DNA of 64,000 bases from Pukyongia sp. (GTDB lineage Bacteria > Bacteroidota > Bacteroidia > Flavobacteriales > Flavobacteriaceae): positions 21,212-85,211 of the forward strand of contig JASBSY010000024.1 of assembly GCA_030148705.1 (NCBI GenBank), in the 5' to 3' direction. Shown one piece after another: positions 41,330-51,416 of this stretch (position 1 is its first letter; each line of letters starts with the position of its first letter). The notes under the pieces were generated by a model, which saw nothing but the letters and a program-made list of their open reading frames with translations, made no database searches and was not told the DNA's origin. A program made the position numbers and the translations under genes.

Positions 41330-43111
41330 ATGAAGCCTACTAAAGAAATGACATCCTCAACCCCATGGACCTACGCTAACAATGTGCGAAGCGGAAAGAT
41401 CGCGTGCGGAAATTTCATAAAATTAGCAATAGAACGCTTTTACCGATGGGTGGATAATGCCGAGGCAGATGGATATTACATCGATCACGATGCCGGGATG
41501 CGCATAATAGAATTCTTTCCTAAACTCATTAATCACACAAAAGGAAGCATGGCCGGGAAGCCCTTTCACCTGGCACCCTTTCAGCAATTCACTTTATACA
41601 ATCTTTTCGCCTGGAAAAATAAAGAAACCGGCCTGCGGCGAATTAAAAAAGTGTACGATAAACGTGCAAAGAAGAACGGAAAATCGGCAGAGATGGCTGG
41701 GCTTAGTTTGTACGTAATGGCGGCCGATAACGAATATGAAGCCGAAGTATATGTGGGTGCCACTAAAGAGGACCAGGCGAAGATCTGTCACAACCAGGCA
41801 AAACAATTTATAGAATCCCCGGTGGCCAACCCGCTTCTTAAAGCGATAGGATTCAGTACCCGGCTCCGGGAAATCCGCTTCGAAGGAACCGCCAGTAAGA
41901 TGATGCCGCTGGGTGGAGATAGTAAAACCCAGGATGGAATCAATTCGCACGTATCCATTATAGACGAATACCACGCGCATAAGGACGATACGGTAAAAGA
42001 AAACCTGGAGAGTAGTAGTATTCAGCGCCGGCAACCCATCACCTATCACATCACCACTGCCGGGTTCAATACCCAGAGCGTGTGTTATAACTATGAGCAG
42101 GTGTGTAAGGATGTATTGCTGGGCACCAAAGAAGAGAACGACAGCTTGTGGATAATGATCCATGAACTCGATGAGGGTGATGATTGGCAGGATCCCGATA
42201 ATTGGATAAAAGCCAACCCCTTACTTCATAACGGATTGAGCCTGAAACGGCTAATGGAAGAGTATAACGATGCTATCCTTCAGCCCAGTAAACAGAATAA
42301 TTTTAAAACAAAGCACCTCAATATGTGGGTGGACGCTCCCGATGTGTTTATCTCGGATGAAGACTGGATGCGTAATTCTGAAAAGGTCCGTATCGAGAAC
42401 TTTATAAAATACGGATGCGAAGGAGCCATCGACCTGAGTACAACCACCGACCTTACCTCGCTGGGGTTTATTTCGTATCCGGACGATGAAGGGGTGCAGG
42501 ATTTGTTGGTGTTTAACTTTTGTCCTAAAGAAACAATCGACCAGCGGTCTAAAGCCGACAGGGTGCCGTACCGCTTTTGGAGCGAACAGAAGTATGCAGA
42601 CTTTATTACAGTTCCTAAAGAACTGGAAGATGAATTCGCGCACCTGCTTAACGATGTACCGCTTTTGGTGGCCACTCCGGGAAATGTGGTGGACTATAAT
42701 GTATTCGAAGATTATGCGGTATCCTATGCAAAACAACTTACAGCAAAGACGGTGAATTACGACCGGCACAACAGCACGCAGCTTATCACTAATATCGAAG
42801 AGGCCGGGGTAAAATGTATGCAGTTTGCGCAAACGATAATCTATTACAGCTATCCTACAAAGGAATTCGAAAAGCTGGCATTAAGCGGGAAATTGAGGCA
42901 TGGCGGAAATCCGGTATTGCGATGGTGCTTATCCGGCTGTGGGATCTACCGGGATCCAAATGAGAATATCCGGCTCAGTAAAAAGCACAGCTCAAAACGC
43001 ATCGATCCGTTAATTGCATCGGTGATGGCGTTGGCCGGGGTGCTCAATGTGGAGGAGCCCGAAAGAAAACAGAGTGTATATAACGACCCAAATAAAGAAT
43101 TCTATGCCTGA
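41330..43111 (+). CDS. terL: Terminase large subunit
   Basis: Walker A KKNGKS, IIDEYHAH, ITTAG, GAIDLS and RIDP motifs. Confidence 0.95.
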   Translation: MKPTKEMTSSTPWTYANNVRSGKIACGNFIKLAIERFYRWVDNAEADGYYIDHDAGMRIIEFFPKLINHTKGSMAGKPFHLAPFQQFTLYNLFAWKNKETGLRRIKKVYDKRAKKNGKSAEMAGLSLYVMAADNEYEAEVYVGATKEDQAKICHNQAKQFIESPVANPLLKAIGFSTRLREIRFEGTASKMMPLGGDSKTQDGINSHVSIIDEYHAHKDDTVKENLESSSIQRRQPITYHITTAGFNTQSVCYNYEQVCKDVLLGTKEENDSLWIMIHELDEGDDWQDPDNWIKANPLLHNGLSLKRLMEEYNDAILQPSKQNNFKTKHLNMWVDAPDVFISDEDWMRNSEKVRIENFIKYGCEGAIDLSTTTDLTSLGFISYPDDEGVQDLLVFNFCPKETIDQRSKADRVPYRFWSEQKYADFITVPKELEDEFAHLLNDVPLLVATPGNVVDYNVFEDYAVSYAKQLTAKTVNYDRHNSTQLITNIEEAGVKCMQFAQTIIYYSYPTKEFEKLALSGKLRHGGNPVLRWCLSGCGIYRDPNENIRLSKKHSSKRIDPLIASVMALAGVLNVEEPERKQSVYNDPNKEFYA

Positions 43112-43352
43112 ATTTAAACCGCTCGATCAGCTTTCGCACACCGAAAAAGTAACCATTGCAATAAAGTTAAAGGACACCAATAGTTTTTTTACGGCCTATT
43201 TTAATTACCTGCCGTATTTTGGCACCTATAGAGAGTGCTTCGAATATCTTAACGAAATTCACCTGGACATCTTCGGCTCGGAAAAGTACTCCAGCTTCGA
43301 CAGTTTCCGGGTATGTATGTATCGCGATCACCAAAATAAACGAACCCTATGA
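43104..43352 (+). CDS. Hypothetical phage protein
   Basis: ATG overlaps the terL stop. Confidence 0.6.
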   Translation: MPEFKPLDQLSHTEKVTIAIKLKDTNSFFTAYFNYLPYFGTYRECFEYLNEIHLDIFGSEKYSSFDSFRVCMYRDHQNKRTL

Positions 43353-43534
43353 AACCAATATTTATAATACTACGCTTTTTTCTTACCCTGGCCGTTTGCT
43401 TTGCCGGGTCCTTCCTGCTCGATGTAGAGATCATCCGGGATAACTGGCTGCGCTATACAGTGGTAGTGGTAGCCATCGCACTATTTTTTACCTTTATGCT
43501 GAAACTAACTATTAATGATATTAAGAAACTATGA
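43349..43534 (+). CDS. Small two-TM protein
   Basis: Hydrophobic, ATGA-coupled. Confidence 0.55.
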   Translation: MKPIFIILRFFLTLAVCFAGSFLLDVEIIRDNWLRYTVVVVAIALFFTFMLKLTINDIKKL

Positions 43535-44034
43535 AACCAACAGAATTAAGAGTAGGGAACTGGGTCCAGCTGTACAGAAGCCCCGAAGAAAACGAAATGT
43601 ATCCACAACAAATAATTTCTATTGAGTTTGATGCTGTTGGGTATATTACTGGTGAGGGGTATATGTTGCGTTTAGATGACGGCTTTTTTATAAACTGTGA
43701 CACAGGTGTGCTGCCCATCCCTTTAACCGAGGACTGGTTATTAAAGTTTGGCTTTACAAAGGGTGAGCAGACAAAAACTAAAGGCAACGGCGGGGATTAT
43801 CAACCCGAAGATGTTTACACTTTATCAACAATTTACAGTCTATACACGGATGATGATCCTGACGGAAATATAAAATATGAACTATCTACATGGCATTGGA
43901 GGGGAGGTGAACCAGAGAACCAGGACGCTTTTTGGTTTTACCATGATAGTTTAATTAGATGTGAATACGTCCACCAATTACAAAACTTATACCACGCTCT
44001 TACAGGAAAGGAACTTATACCTGTTGCTTTATGA
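43531..44034 (+). CDS. Hypothetical phage protein (ELRVGNWV...HQLQNLY type)
   Basis: ORF track; ATGA-coupled. Confidence 0.65.
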   Translation: MKPTELRVGNWVQLYRSPEENEMYPQQIISIEFDAVGYITGEGYMLRLDDGFFINCDTGVLPIPLTEDWLLKFGFTKGEQTKTKGNGGDYQPEDVYTLSTIYSLYTDDDPDGNIKYELSTWHWRGGEPENQDAFWFYHDSLIRCEYVHQLQNLYHALTGKELIPVAL

Positions 44035-44063
44035 TAAAAGCAATTTATTAAACCAGACAAATT

Positions 44064-45710
44064 ATGAAATCAACGTCCGAACAATCGCAATCAGAAACTA
44101 AGCTATGCCCTATGTGCGGTGTTAGTGGGGGTGCTTTTTTAGCCTTTATTAGAATTGATTACGAAGGTATATATGAAGGCAGTATAAAGTTATTTAAAAG
44201 CAAAACAGCAGCAGATAAATATATCAGTGAGTTAAAGAAAGAAAATGGTGGTGATTCGGTGACTTATGATATTGTAGAGTTGCATTTTCACTAACGGACG
44301 AGTGTATGAATAGTTTTATTATTAAAAACCAAAATTTAATAGATATGATTAAAATAACATTTGAGAACCAAACCGTAGCAATTTCTAAAGACTTGCTAAA
44401 TGACGAAATTATTGATATAGACTTTAACGGTGATATGATGGTGCAATTTAAAAAAGAGAACAATAACACATATACTGCTGTAAATGGTATGAATGGTTGG
44501 GGTCAAAATATAGCTTCTGAAATTGCGGGCAAAAAAGCCACAATCTCCGAATAATAAAATTATTTATACACATTGTTACCTGACGAAGTGAACAGTTTAA
44601 AATACTATTTATTATGAAAAAATGGACTAAAGAAGAAGAGCAAGAATTAGTGAGGCTTACTGAAAATGCGTGGGATTGGAATTTCCCAGGTTATGACTGG
44701 GTAAGAACTCTTTTAGAAGTTGATTACCCGAACGGTCGAACCGTTAACGCAATTAGGAAGAAGTACTATAGTATTTTAAATTGCAGGTAACGTGCCCCGT
44801 GTATGCGGACGTAGCCGATTTAAAAACTAATGTTTAACCTATAAAATACAACTTGATATGAAAACTGAAACTTTAAATACTGCCGAAACTAAGGCTATGT
44901 CGTATGACACGGTGTTAGCAACTGGCTTTGGCGAAGATGATTATGTAGAGGGAGTGTTTCTTATTAAAGCAAAAGCAAAGGAAACTTTCTTTAACCGAAA
45001 AAGAAGGCTTGAAGAAATCACTGGCTTTTCAGATGGTTTTTTTGATTCCTACGAAGAGGATGAAGAAGGTGGAGTTTGGAAAGTGATAACAACAGCTTGG
45101 TTTGAAAATGTTGACGAAATCAAAAAAGCTCTGAAAAAGATGGAAAAGTATAACTGGTTATTTCAGTACGATTCATCTATACTTTTTGAGGGCAAAGAAA
45201 TTTACTGTGATGGCAGGTGGCTTGTTTAAGCTTGTTGCTAACGGTTTGGTTATGCTTCCGTTGTGAGTAAAATCCGCAGGATTTTCCGAGTAGGAAGCTA
45301 CCAAACCAAGAATAGAATTAGATTGAATTATTAACAAAAAAGCAATGGAGTATAACCGTTGTTGTAAAACGTTTTTTAGCAATGCCCAAAACAAACACAA
45401 AATTACGATTAAAAGCTATTTTAAAATGGAATAAAGAAACTGTTTATGTTGAACCAATTTTATTTAGTTGGCACGTTGGTATACAATATAAAGTATTAAC
45501 TGGTAATAGTTCTGGTTCTTTATTTTGCAGGAAAAGAAGTGATTTTATTTTTCCTTTACAAACTAAAATAGCAATGCTTATTGTAAAAGCCTATTATTGG
45601 ATTTATGAAGGTGGTTATTGGCAAGGTAGAAGGAAAATAAAAACACGTATAAAAAGGTATAAATTAAGACATAATGAAGGTGATTTACCTTTCTAAATGT
45701 TTTACAACGT
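44064..45710 (+). mobile_element. Integron-like cassette array (attC cluster without integron integrase)
   Basis: attC-like hairpins at 44289-44581, 44784-44920 and 45234-45367; cassette-end complementarity; genes 44064-44294, 44345-44554, 44614-44790, 44858-45229 and 45382-45696. Confidence 0.85.
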
Positions 45711-45803
45711 CGTATATCACTAATAAACGAAACATTGTTTACATAAATAGATTTTAACCCTACCTACATTTACCTCATTCATAGTTGATTGGTTTTAGGT
45801 TAA

Positions 45804-47018
45804 ATGGAAAGTAGTATTACAAGAACGTTAAAGTCTATGGTATCGCTTTCACCGGGCGGAGAGAGCCGAAGCGCGGGGAATGTTTCGCTCTCTTCGCTTT
45901 TTGGTTTTGGTGCATCCGGAACTTCCGTTGTTAATCACGAAACCGCTCTTACCATCCCCGCACTCTTTAACGGGGTTGATCAAATTTCCAACGACATTGC
46001 AAAGCTTCCTAAAGGCGTTTATAGGAAAATAGATAACGGCCGCGAGGAAGTAAAGCACCGCATTAAATACCTTATCAATAAGGAGCCCAACAGGCAGATG
46101 GATGCCTTTACCTTCCATAAGATAATGACTCAGGCCGCAATTCTACGCGGCAACGGCCTGGCCGTGATCCTTCGCCATCCTAATACCGCAGCACTGGAAT
46201 CCCTGGTGTTTATCCACCCGGACGATATTCGGGACATACGGATGATTAAAGGCGATGTGTACTACATCACTAAATACGGTACGTTCACTTCAGACGAAGT
46301 AATTCACATTATGGGTTATACCGATAATGGCTGGCTCGGTAAAAGCGTTATCCGCTATGCAGCCGAAACACTGGGAATCGCTAAATCTGCTCAATCCTTT
46401 GCCGCTTGTAATTTCGATAATAGAGGTATTGGATATGGAGTAGTTCATACCGATAACGAAGTATCTCCTGAAGGTAAACAAAAGATCGAGGCCGGCATCA
46501 ATGCAAAGATGTCTATAAAAGATCGTTTCCGTACAGCTGTCATTGATGAAGGGATGAAGTATGAAGCTATTTCGGTTAGTGCTCAGGACGCGCAGTTAAT
46601 TGAGCAATCAAAGTTTTCTGTGATCGACATTTGCCGCTTCCTTAATATCTCCCCCAGGAAGGTGAAGGATTATACCATTAACAATTATGCTTCGGCCTAC
46701 CAGGATGCCACAGATCATGTAACAGACAGCATTCAGCCCTGGTCTAAAAAATTCGAAAACGAATACGACCGGAAGCTTTTCACCGCCACCGAAAAGGAAG
46801 ATCACTACGTAAAGTTTAATGATAATTACCTGCTTCGCGGGGACCTTACTGCAAAGTCTAATTACTATTTCAGGGCGACAGCCGGCGGATGGATGACAAT
46901 CAATGAGGTACGGGCTATGGAAGAACTCAATCCCATCGATGGAGGGGATGAGCCGCTTATCCCTATGAATATGCAGCAGGTAAAACAACTTGAAAATTCT
47001 ATGCAAGATGAAAAATAA
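45804..47018 (+). CDS. Portal protein, HK97 family
   Basis: PNRQMDAFTF, GNGLAVI, EVIHI, VIDEGMKY and TINEVRAMEELNP motifs. Confidence 0.95.
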   Translation: MESSITRTLKSMVSLSPGGESRSAGNVSLSSLFGFGASGTSVVNHETALTIPALFNGVDQISNDIAKLPKGVYRKIDNGREEVKHRIKYLINKEPNRQMDAFTFHKIMTQAAILRGNGLAVILRHPNTAALESLVFIHPDDIRDIRMIKGDVYYITKYGTFTSDEVIHIMGYTDNGWLGKSVIRYAAETLGIAKSAQSFAACNFDNRGIGYGVVHTDNEVSPEGKQKIEAGINAKMSIKDRFRTAVIDEGMKYEAISVSAQDAQLIEQSKFSVIDICRFLNISPRKVKDYTINNYASAYQDATDHVTDSIQPWSKKFENEYDRKLFTATEKEDHYVKFNDNYLLRGDLTAKSNYYFRATAGGWMTINEVRAMEELNPIDGGDEPLIPMNMQQVKQLENSMQDEK

Positions 47019-47634
47019 AGATTACCTACAAAACATAGACGGCGCCGAACGTCGGCACTTTGGGCCTGAAGTTCGCTATGAACTACGAGACGAAAAGGAT
47101 GTGGCCGGAGGCTATGCAGCTTTGTATAATGTCCGCGCAGATCTAGGATGGTTCGAAGAGGAGATCGCGCCCGGTGCGTTCGATGATGTTATAAATGATG
47201 ATGTTCGCGCACTCTTTAACCACGACCCTAACCATATCCTGGCACGATCCAAAGCAGGATCCGGAACGCTTCGCCTTTCAGTAGATGAGAAAGGCCTGGT
47301 GTACGATTTTGATATCCCGGACACTACTGCCGGCCGAGACCTTCGGGTTAATATGGAATTAGGCAATGTAACGCAATCTTCATTCGGGTTTTCCATCGAG
47401 GAAGAAGAGTGGGTGCGTCGAGACGGGAAGGAAAAAGACCTTCGCATTATAAAGAAATTCGGGCGGCTGTTCGATGTAAGCCCGGTAACCTTCCCGGCCT
47501 ATACCGATACGACAGTGGCAAAGCGGTCCTTTGAGGCCGTTCAAAAAGAAGAACAAGAAACCAGGGAACAGGATAAAAAAACGATGAGTGTATTCGAAGC
47601 TCGTCATAAGTTGAACGTAAATAAAAGTTTGTAA
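46990..47634 (+). CDS. Prohead protease, HK97 family
   Basis: GYAALYN, LFNHD, SSFGF and DVSPVTFPAY motifs; real start probably a few codons downstream. Confidence 0.93.
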   Translation: MKILCKMKNKDYLQNIDGAERRHFGPEVRYELRDEKDVAGGYAALYNVRADLGWFEEEIAPGAFDDVINDDVRALFNHDPNHILARSKAGSGTLRLSVDEKGLVYDFDIPDTTAGRDLRVNMELGNVTQSSFGFSIEEEEWVRRDGKEKDLRIIKKFGRLFDVSPVTFPAYTDTTVAKRSFEAVQKEEQETREQDKKTMSVFEARHKLNVNKSL

Positions 47635-47638
47635 ACAG

Positions 47639-48943
47639 ATGAAAACATCAGATCAGTTGAAACAAGAGCGAGCTTCAGAAATTAAAAAACAGGAAGCATT
47701 GCTAAAAAAAGCCGAAGCCGATAATAATCGAGACTTCACCGAAGATGAGCAAACGGAATTCAGGACCCTGAACACGTCCATCGAATCCTTCACTCAAAAG
47801 ATTAAGGATGCCGAAGAGCGCGAGGCTGCGCAAAAGCGCAATGCCGAAATGGCGGCCGCTTCGGGGGTTCCTAATTTGGACGCAGAGGAAAGAGAAAAAG
47901 GCAAGATCCAGAAGCGTGCATCCATCCTAACTGCCATCCGCAGAGGAATTGTAAATAAGCCGCTGGAAGGAGCCGAAAAAGAAATGGATGCCATCGGCCG
48001 ACAGGAAGATAGGGATGCCGATGTAAAGACTCCTGAGAACGCTCAGGTTGTTATCCCGATGAGTTTCCTGCGGGCCACTGCTCAAACAGTTTCGGAAGAC
48101 TCCGGAAACTACGGTGGATCGTTGGTGGTTGATCAGGCTCCGCGTGTGCAGATGGGCTTTAGTCCTCAAAGTGTGATCGAAGAACTTGGTGCGACAATAT
48201 GGACCGGCCTTTCCGGTGGGGATATTCCTCTTCCGGTAGCGAACGATTATACGTTTGCATGGTATGCGGAAACCGGCGCGATCACTCAGCAGAAGAACAC
48301 GATTACCGGTCCTACCCTTTCTCCTAAAAGGTTAGGTGCTGCCGTAGAAATCTCCAATCGTTTATTGGCTCAGGCATCTATGGATGTGGAGGCAATTATC
48401 CGCGCGAAGATCCTTAAAGGATATAACAACACTATTAACGTGGCGGCGATCAACGGTTCCGGTTCTTCCAACCAACCTGAAGGTGTCTTAAATAAGACCG
48501 GTATTGGGGCAGGATCTTCTGTGGATGCCGATGTACCTACAAAGGCGTTGGTAGCTGAATTAATTCAGTTGGTAATGGAGGCAGACAGCACTCAGGATAA
48601 GCTTGCTTTCCTTGGTTCTCCTGCCACTCAGTACCTGTTGGAAACTACCCTTCTGGATTCCGGAAGCGGGAAGTACATCAAAGAATTGAAGGACCAACTT
48701 TTAGGACATAAGTTTGTTGCCAGTACTCATGTGCCACAGCTTTCCGGTAATGAGGTGCTGATCTTCGGAAATTGGAGCGAACTGTTTATCGGACAGTGGG
48801 GATCACTTTCAGTATTGAGCGATCCTTTCGGCGCGGCACTTTCCAACAGTGTAAGACTTGTGCTTAACGGACACGCCGATGTTGCAATCGCACAGCCCGG
48901 CGCGTTCGCTGCGAACACATACTTCAATGAAACAGGAGTATAG
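47639..48943 (+). CDS. Major capsid protein, HK97 fold
   Basis: Coiled-coil delta domain; WYAETG, LSPKRLGA and IFGNWS motifs. Confidence 0.92.
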   Translation: MKTSDQLKQERASEIKKQEALLKKAEADNNRDFTEDEQTEFRTLNTSIESFTQKIKDAEEREAAQKRNAEMAAASGVPNLDAEEREKGKIQKRASILTAIRRGIVNKPLEGAEKEMDAIGRQEDRDADVKTPENAQVVIPMSFLRATAQTVSEDSGNYGGSLVVDQAPRVQMGFSPQSVIEELGATIWTGLSGGDIPLPVANDYTFAWYAETGAITQQKNTITGPTLSPKRLGAAVEISNRLLAQASMDVEAIIRAKILKGYNNTINVAAINGSGSSNQPEGVLNKTGIGAGSSVDADVPTKALVAELIQLVMEADSTQDKLAFLGSPATQYLLETTLLDSGSGKYIKELKDQLLGHKFVASTHVPQLSGNEVLIFGNWSELFIGQWGSLSVLSDPFGAALSNSVRLVLNGHADVAIAQPGAFAANTYFNETGV

Positions 48944-48975
48944 TAGTTAGTTTTTTCATAATTATTGGTTTAGCT

Positions 48976-49009
48976 AAAAAGGCCCTGTTTAGAGGCGGGG
49001 CCTTTTTTT
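48976..49009 (+). terminator. Terminator after capsid
   Basis: AAAAAGGCCC...GGGCCTTTTTT. Confidence 0.75.
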
Positions 49010-49021
49010 AAAAAGAGAACA

Positions 49022-49255
49022 ATGGCAAAGAAAAAAACAGCAACAGCAAAGCATCCTAAAAAGGAAACGGCCGAAGCGAACGACTCGCGTAAACCGGCTA
49101 AAGCTAAAAAGGCAGCATCCGGAATCAAGTTAAAGATAACCGGAGGTGTGGCCTGGCTTGGATGGCCTTACAGGGTTGGCCAGGTTGTGGAAGTTAATGA
49201 TACGAAACAAGCGGAAGAGGCAGTGAACGCCGGCCGCGCAAGATACGTCGATTAA
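49022..49255 (+). CDS. Small head-associated protein
   Basis: Position; Lys/Ala-rich N-terminus. Confidence 0.55.
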   Translation: MAKKKTATAKHPKKETAEANDSRKPAKAKKAASGIKLKITGGVAWLGWPYRVGQVVEVNDTKQAEEAVNAGRARYVD

Positions 49256-49821
49256 TGTCTGTAACCTATAACATACCAGCATATTCAGGGGGCGACGAAG
49301 TGATCACGCTTATCGAAGCAAAAGCACACCTTCGTATTACCCACGATGATGAAGATACAGAGATCCAGGCGTTTATAGATTCAGCTGTTTCGGAAGCAGA
49401 GTCTTATATGGGCGGGCCTATACTACAGCGTACCGGTGTGGTATTTGGTATTTCCGGGTGGCGACTTCATACAAAGTTTCCTACCGGCCCGGTAACGGCA
49501 ATTACAGAGGTTTCATACCTGGTTGCCGATGCTGATGATTATGTGGAACTTGATGCGGAGTATTACAAGTTGTACAACTTCGGTACTACCAGCCAGCAAA
49601 TTACCATTCGGGAGGTGGCTCATACGCCATCACTGGAGGAAGATACCCTGGATGCCGTTCGTATTACGGCAACCATTGGGTGGACTGCGGCAACGCTCCC
49701 GGATGCTATAAAAAAGGCGGTGCTCTTAATGATAGATGATGCATATACTTTCCGCGGAGAAAAAGAATTGAAAATGAACCGGAGCAGTCGTAACCTGCTT
49801 CGTCCTTATAAACAGTTTTAA
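49255..49821 (+). CDS. Head-tail connector (gp6-like)
   Basis: ITLIEAKAHLRI..ED and LPDAIKKAVL motifs. Confidence 0.88.
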   Translation: MSVTYNIPAYSGGDEVITLIEAKAHLRITHDDEDTEIQAFIDSAVSEAESYMGGPILQRTGVVFGISGWRLHTKFPTGPVTAITEVSYLVADADDYVELDAEYYKLYNFGTTSQQITIREVAHTPSLEEDTLDAVRITATIGWTAATLPDAIKKAVLLMIDDAYTFRGEKELKMNRSSRNLLRPYKQF

Positions 49822-49822
49822 G

Positions 49823-50158
49823 ATGGCCAACGACCAGGTATTTACAGGCCAGCGCGATAGAAAGATCGAGATCGTGAAGTTCACCAAAACGAAGAACGCA
49901 ATTAATGAGGTGGCTACAGCCGAGGTGAGTGTTGGTTTTTTCTGGGCGGCCATGAAGGATATATCGGGAAATGAGAATGAGGAAGGAAAGGTAATCCACC
50001 TAATTAACAGGACTTACACCATTCCGTATGTAGCGGAAGTGAAGACCGGTGGCGATCATATGGTGGTGAAGGATGAAGGAAGTCTATTCCAGGTGTATCA
50101 TGTACAGGAGTTGGGAAGAAAAGCCCAGCTGCTGTTAAAGGTAAAAGTACGTGAGTAA
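49823..50158 (+). CDS. Head closure protein
   Basis: GQRDRKIEI..WAA pattern; position. Confidence 0.8.
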   Translation: MANDQVFTGQRDRKIEIVKFTKTKNAINEVATAEVSVGFFWAAMKDISGNENEEGKVIHLINRTYTIPYVAEVKTGGDHMVVKDEGSLFQVYHVQELGRKAQLLLKVKVRE

Positions 50159-50633
50159 GACGTTATTTGAAATAGAGGGGTTTCCACAGCTTCAGCAGAA
50201 GATAAAGCAACTTCCGGATAAGGTAAAGAAGCGCGAAATGCTGAAGGTACTCCGCCAGGTGGCAAAGCCTACCGTTGCCGCTGCAAGGGCGCAGGCTCCT
50301 GTAGGGAATAAAACCCATAAGCGATACAGCCGAAAGGATGGCACCGTGTTGGCTACCTATCAGCCCGGCAACCTTAAAAAATCCATCGGAAACATTACAG
50401 GTAAGCGGGGACTGGGAAAGGTAAATGCAGTGCTTTATGTGGGGCCCAGAAGTAAGGGCAGGAAGTACGATGGGTATTACGGTGGTATGGTCCATGGAGG
50501 AACGAAGTTTCAACGGCCTAATCCGTTTATGGACCGGGCGTATAACCAGACAAAGGCGATGGTTACTAAAGATGCGGAAGTTAAGGTGGCGGCGGCTATT
50601 CAGAAACAAATAAACAGGTTGAGCAATGTATAA
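50151..50633 (+). CDS. HK97 gp10-like neck protein
   Basis: EIEGFPQL..GTKFQRPNPFM. Confidence 0.8.
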   Translation: MSKTLFEIEGFPQLQQKIKQLPDKVKKREMLKVLRQVAKPTVAAARAQAPVGNKTHKRYSRKDGTVLATYQPGNLKKSIGNITGKRGLGKVNAVLYVGPRSKGRKYDGYYGGMVHGGTKFQRPNPFMDRAYNQTKAMVTKDAEVKVAAAIQKQINRLSNV

Positions 50634-50994
50634 TGCGTTTGTGTTTATATCAGATCTGCTAACAGGGAACACCACAATCACCGATGAGTTTCCTACATCG
50701 ACCAATGTGGAAGGCCCTAACATCTTTGCGGGGATTGCAGACAGCGAGACCGAAGGGGATTTTATGGTGTACCTGGTGCGACGAAACAGCACCTTCACTA
50801 AGAATGGATTGCAGGAGTATGAGGCCGAAATAAGTGTTTTTGCAGACAGCATAATGGAGGCGGCACAGAAAGCCGACATCGTACAGACCGAGTTAACCAA
50901 CCACCCCAGAATCTATGGAAGCAGTGCCGACGTACAACTTACAGAAGACAGGACGCGTGCCTATATAAATTTAATATTCACTTTTAAAATATAA
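50626..50994 (+). CDS. Tail terminator-like protein
   Basis: Position and size. Confidence 0.6.
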   Translation: MYNAFVFISDLLTGNTTITDEFPTSTNVEGPNIFAGIADSETEGDFMVYLVRRNSTFTKNGLQEYEAEISVFADSIMEAAQKADIVQTELTNHPRIYGSSADVQLTEDRTRAYINLIFTFKI

Positions 50995-50998
50995 GATC

Positions 50999-51406
50999 AT
51001 GCCAAATACAATTAGCGGAGTAGCGCGAATTAAGGTAGATAGTGAGAATATCTATCACGAAATCGATTGCGAATTATCCATGGACCTTGAAACAAAGGAA
51101 CGTGAAACAAAAGACACCGACGGAACCGAATACCGGGCAGGAAAGAAATCCTGGACCATGAGCGGCAACGGCCTTCAGGTAGAAGATACTACCGGCAGTG
51201 AGCACACCTTTAGTGCATTATTTGCGAAATACGATGCCGCCACAGAGGTAGCAGTTGAGTTTACAACCGATAGTACCGGAGATAAGTACTACTCAGGAAA
51301 CGGGCTCATCACGAACCTTACTATAAATGCAACGGTTAATGAGGATCCTTCAGCTTCCTGGAGCATCCAGGGAACAGGAGCGCTAACCGAAGCTACTGTA
51401 GTTTAA
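50999..51406 (+). CDS. Major tail tube protein (TP901-1-like)
   Basis: ETKDTDG..KKSWTMSGNG..IQGTGAL. Confidence 0.85.
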   Translation: MPNTISGVARIKVDSENIYHEIDCELSMDLETKERETKDTDGTEYRAGKKSWTMSGNGLQVEDTTGSEHTFSALFAKYDAATEVAVEFTTDSTGDKYYSGNGLITNLTINATVNEDPSASWSIQGTGALTEATVV

Positions 51407-51416
51407 AAGCATCGTT

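Noticed and set aside
51394-51401. TACTGTAG near the end of the tail tube gene
   Set aside because: A single isolated copy, out of frame with the stop; not part of the array.
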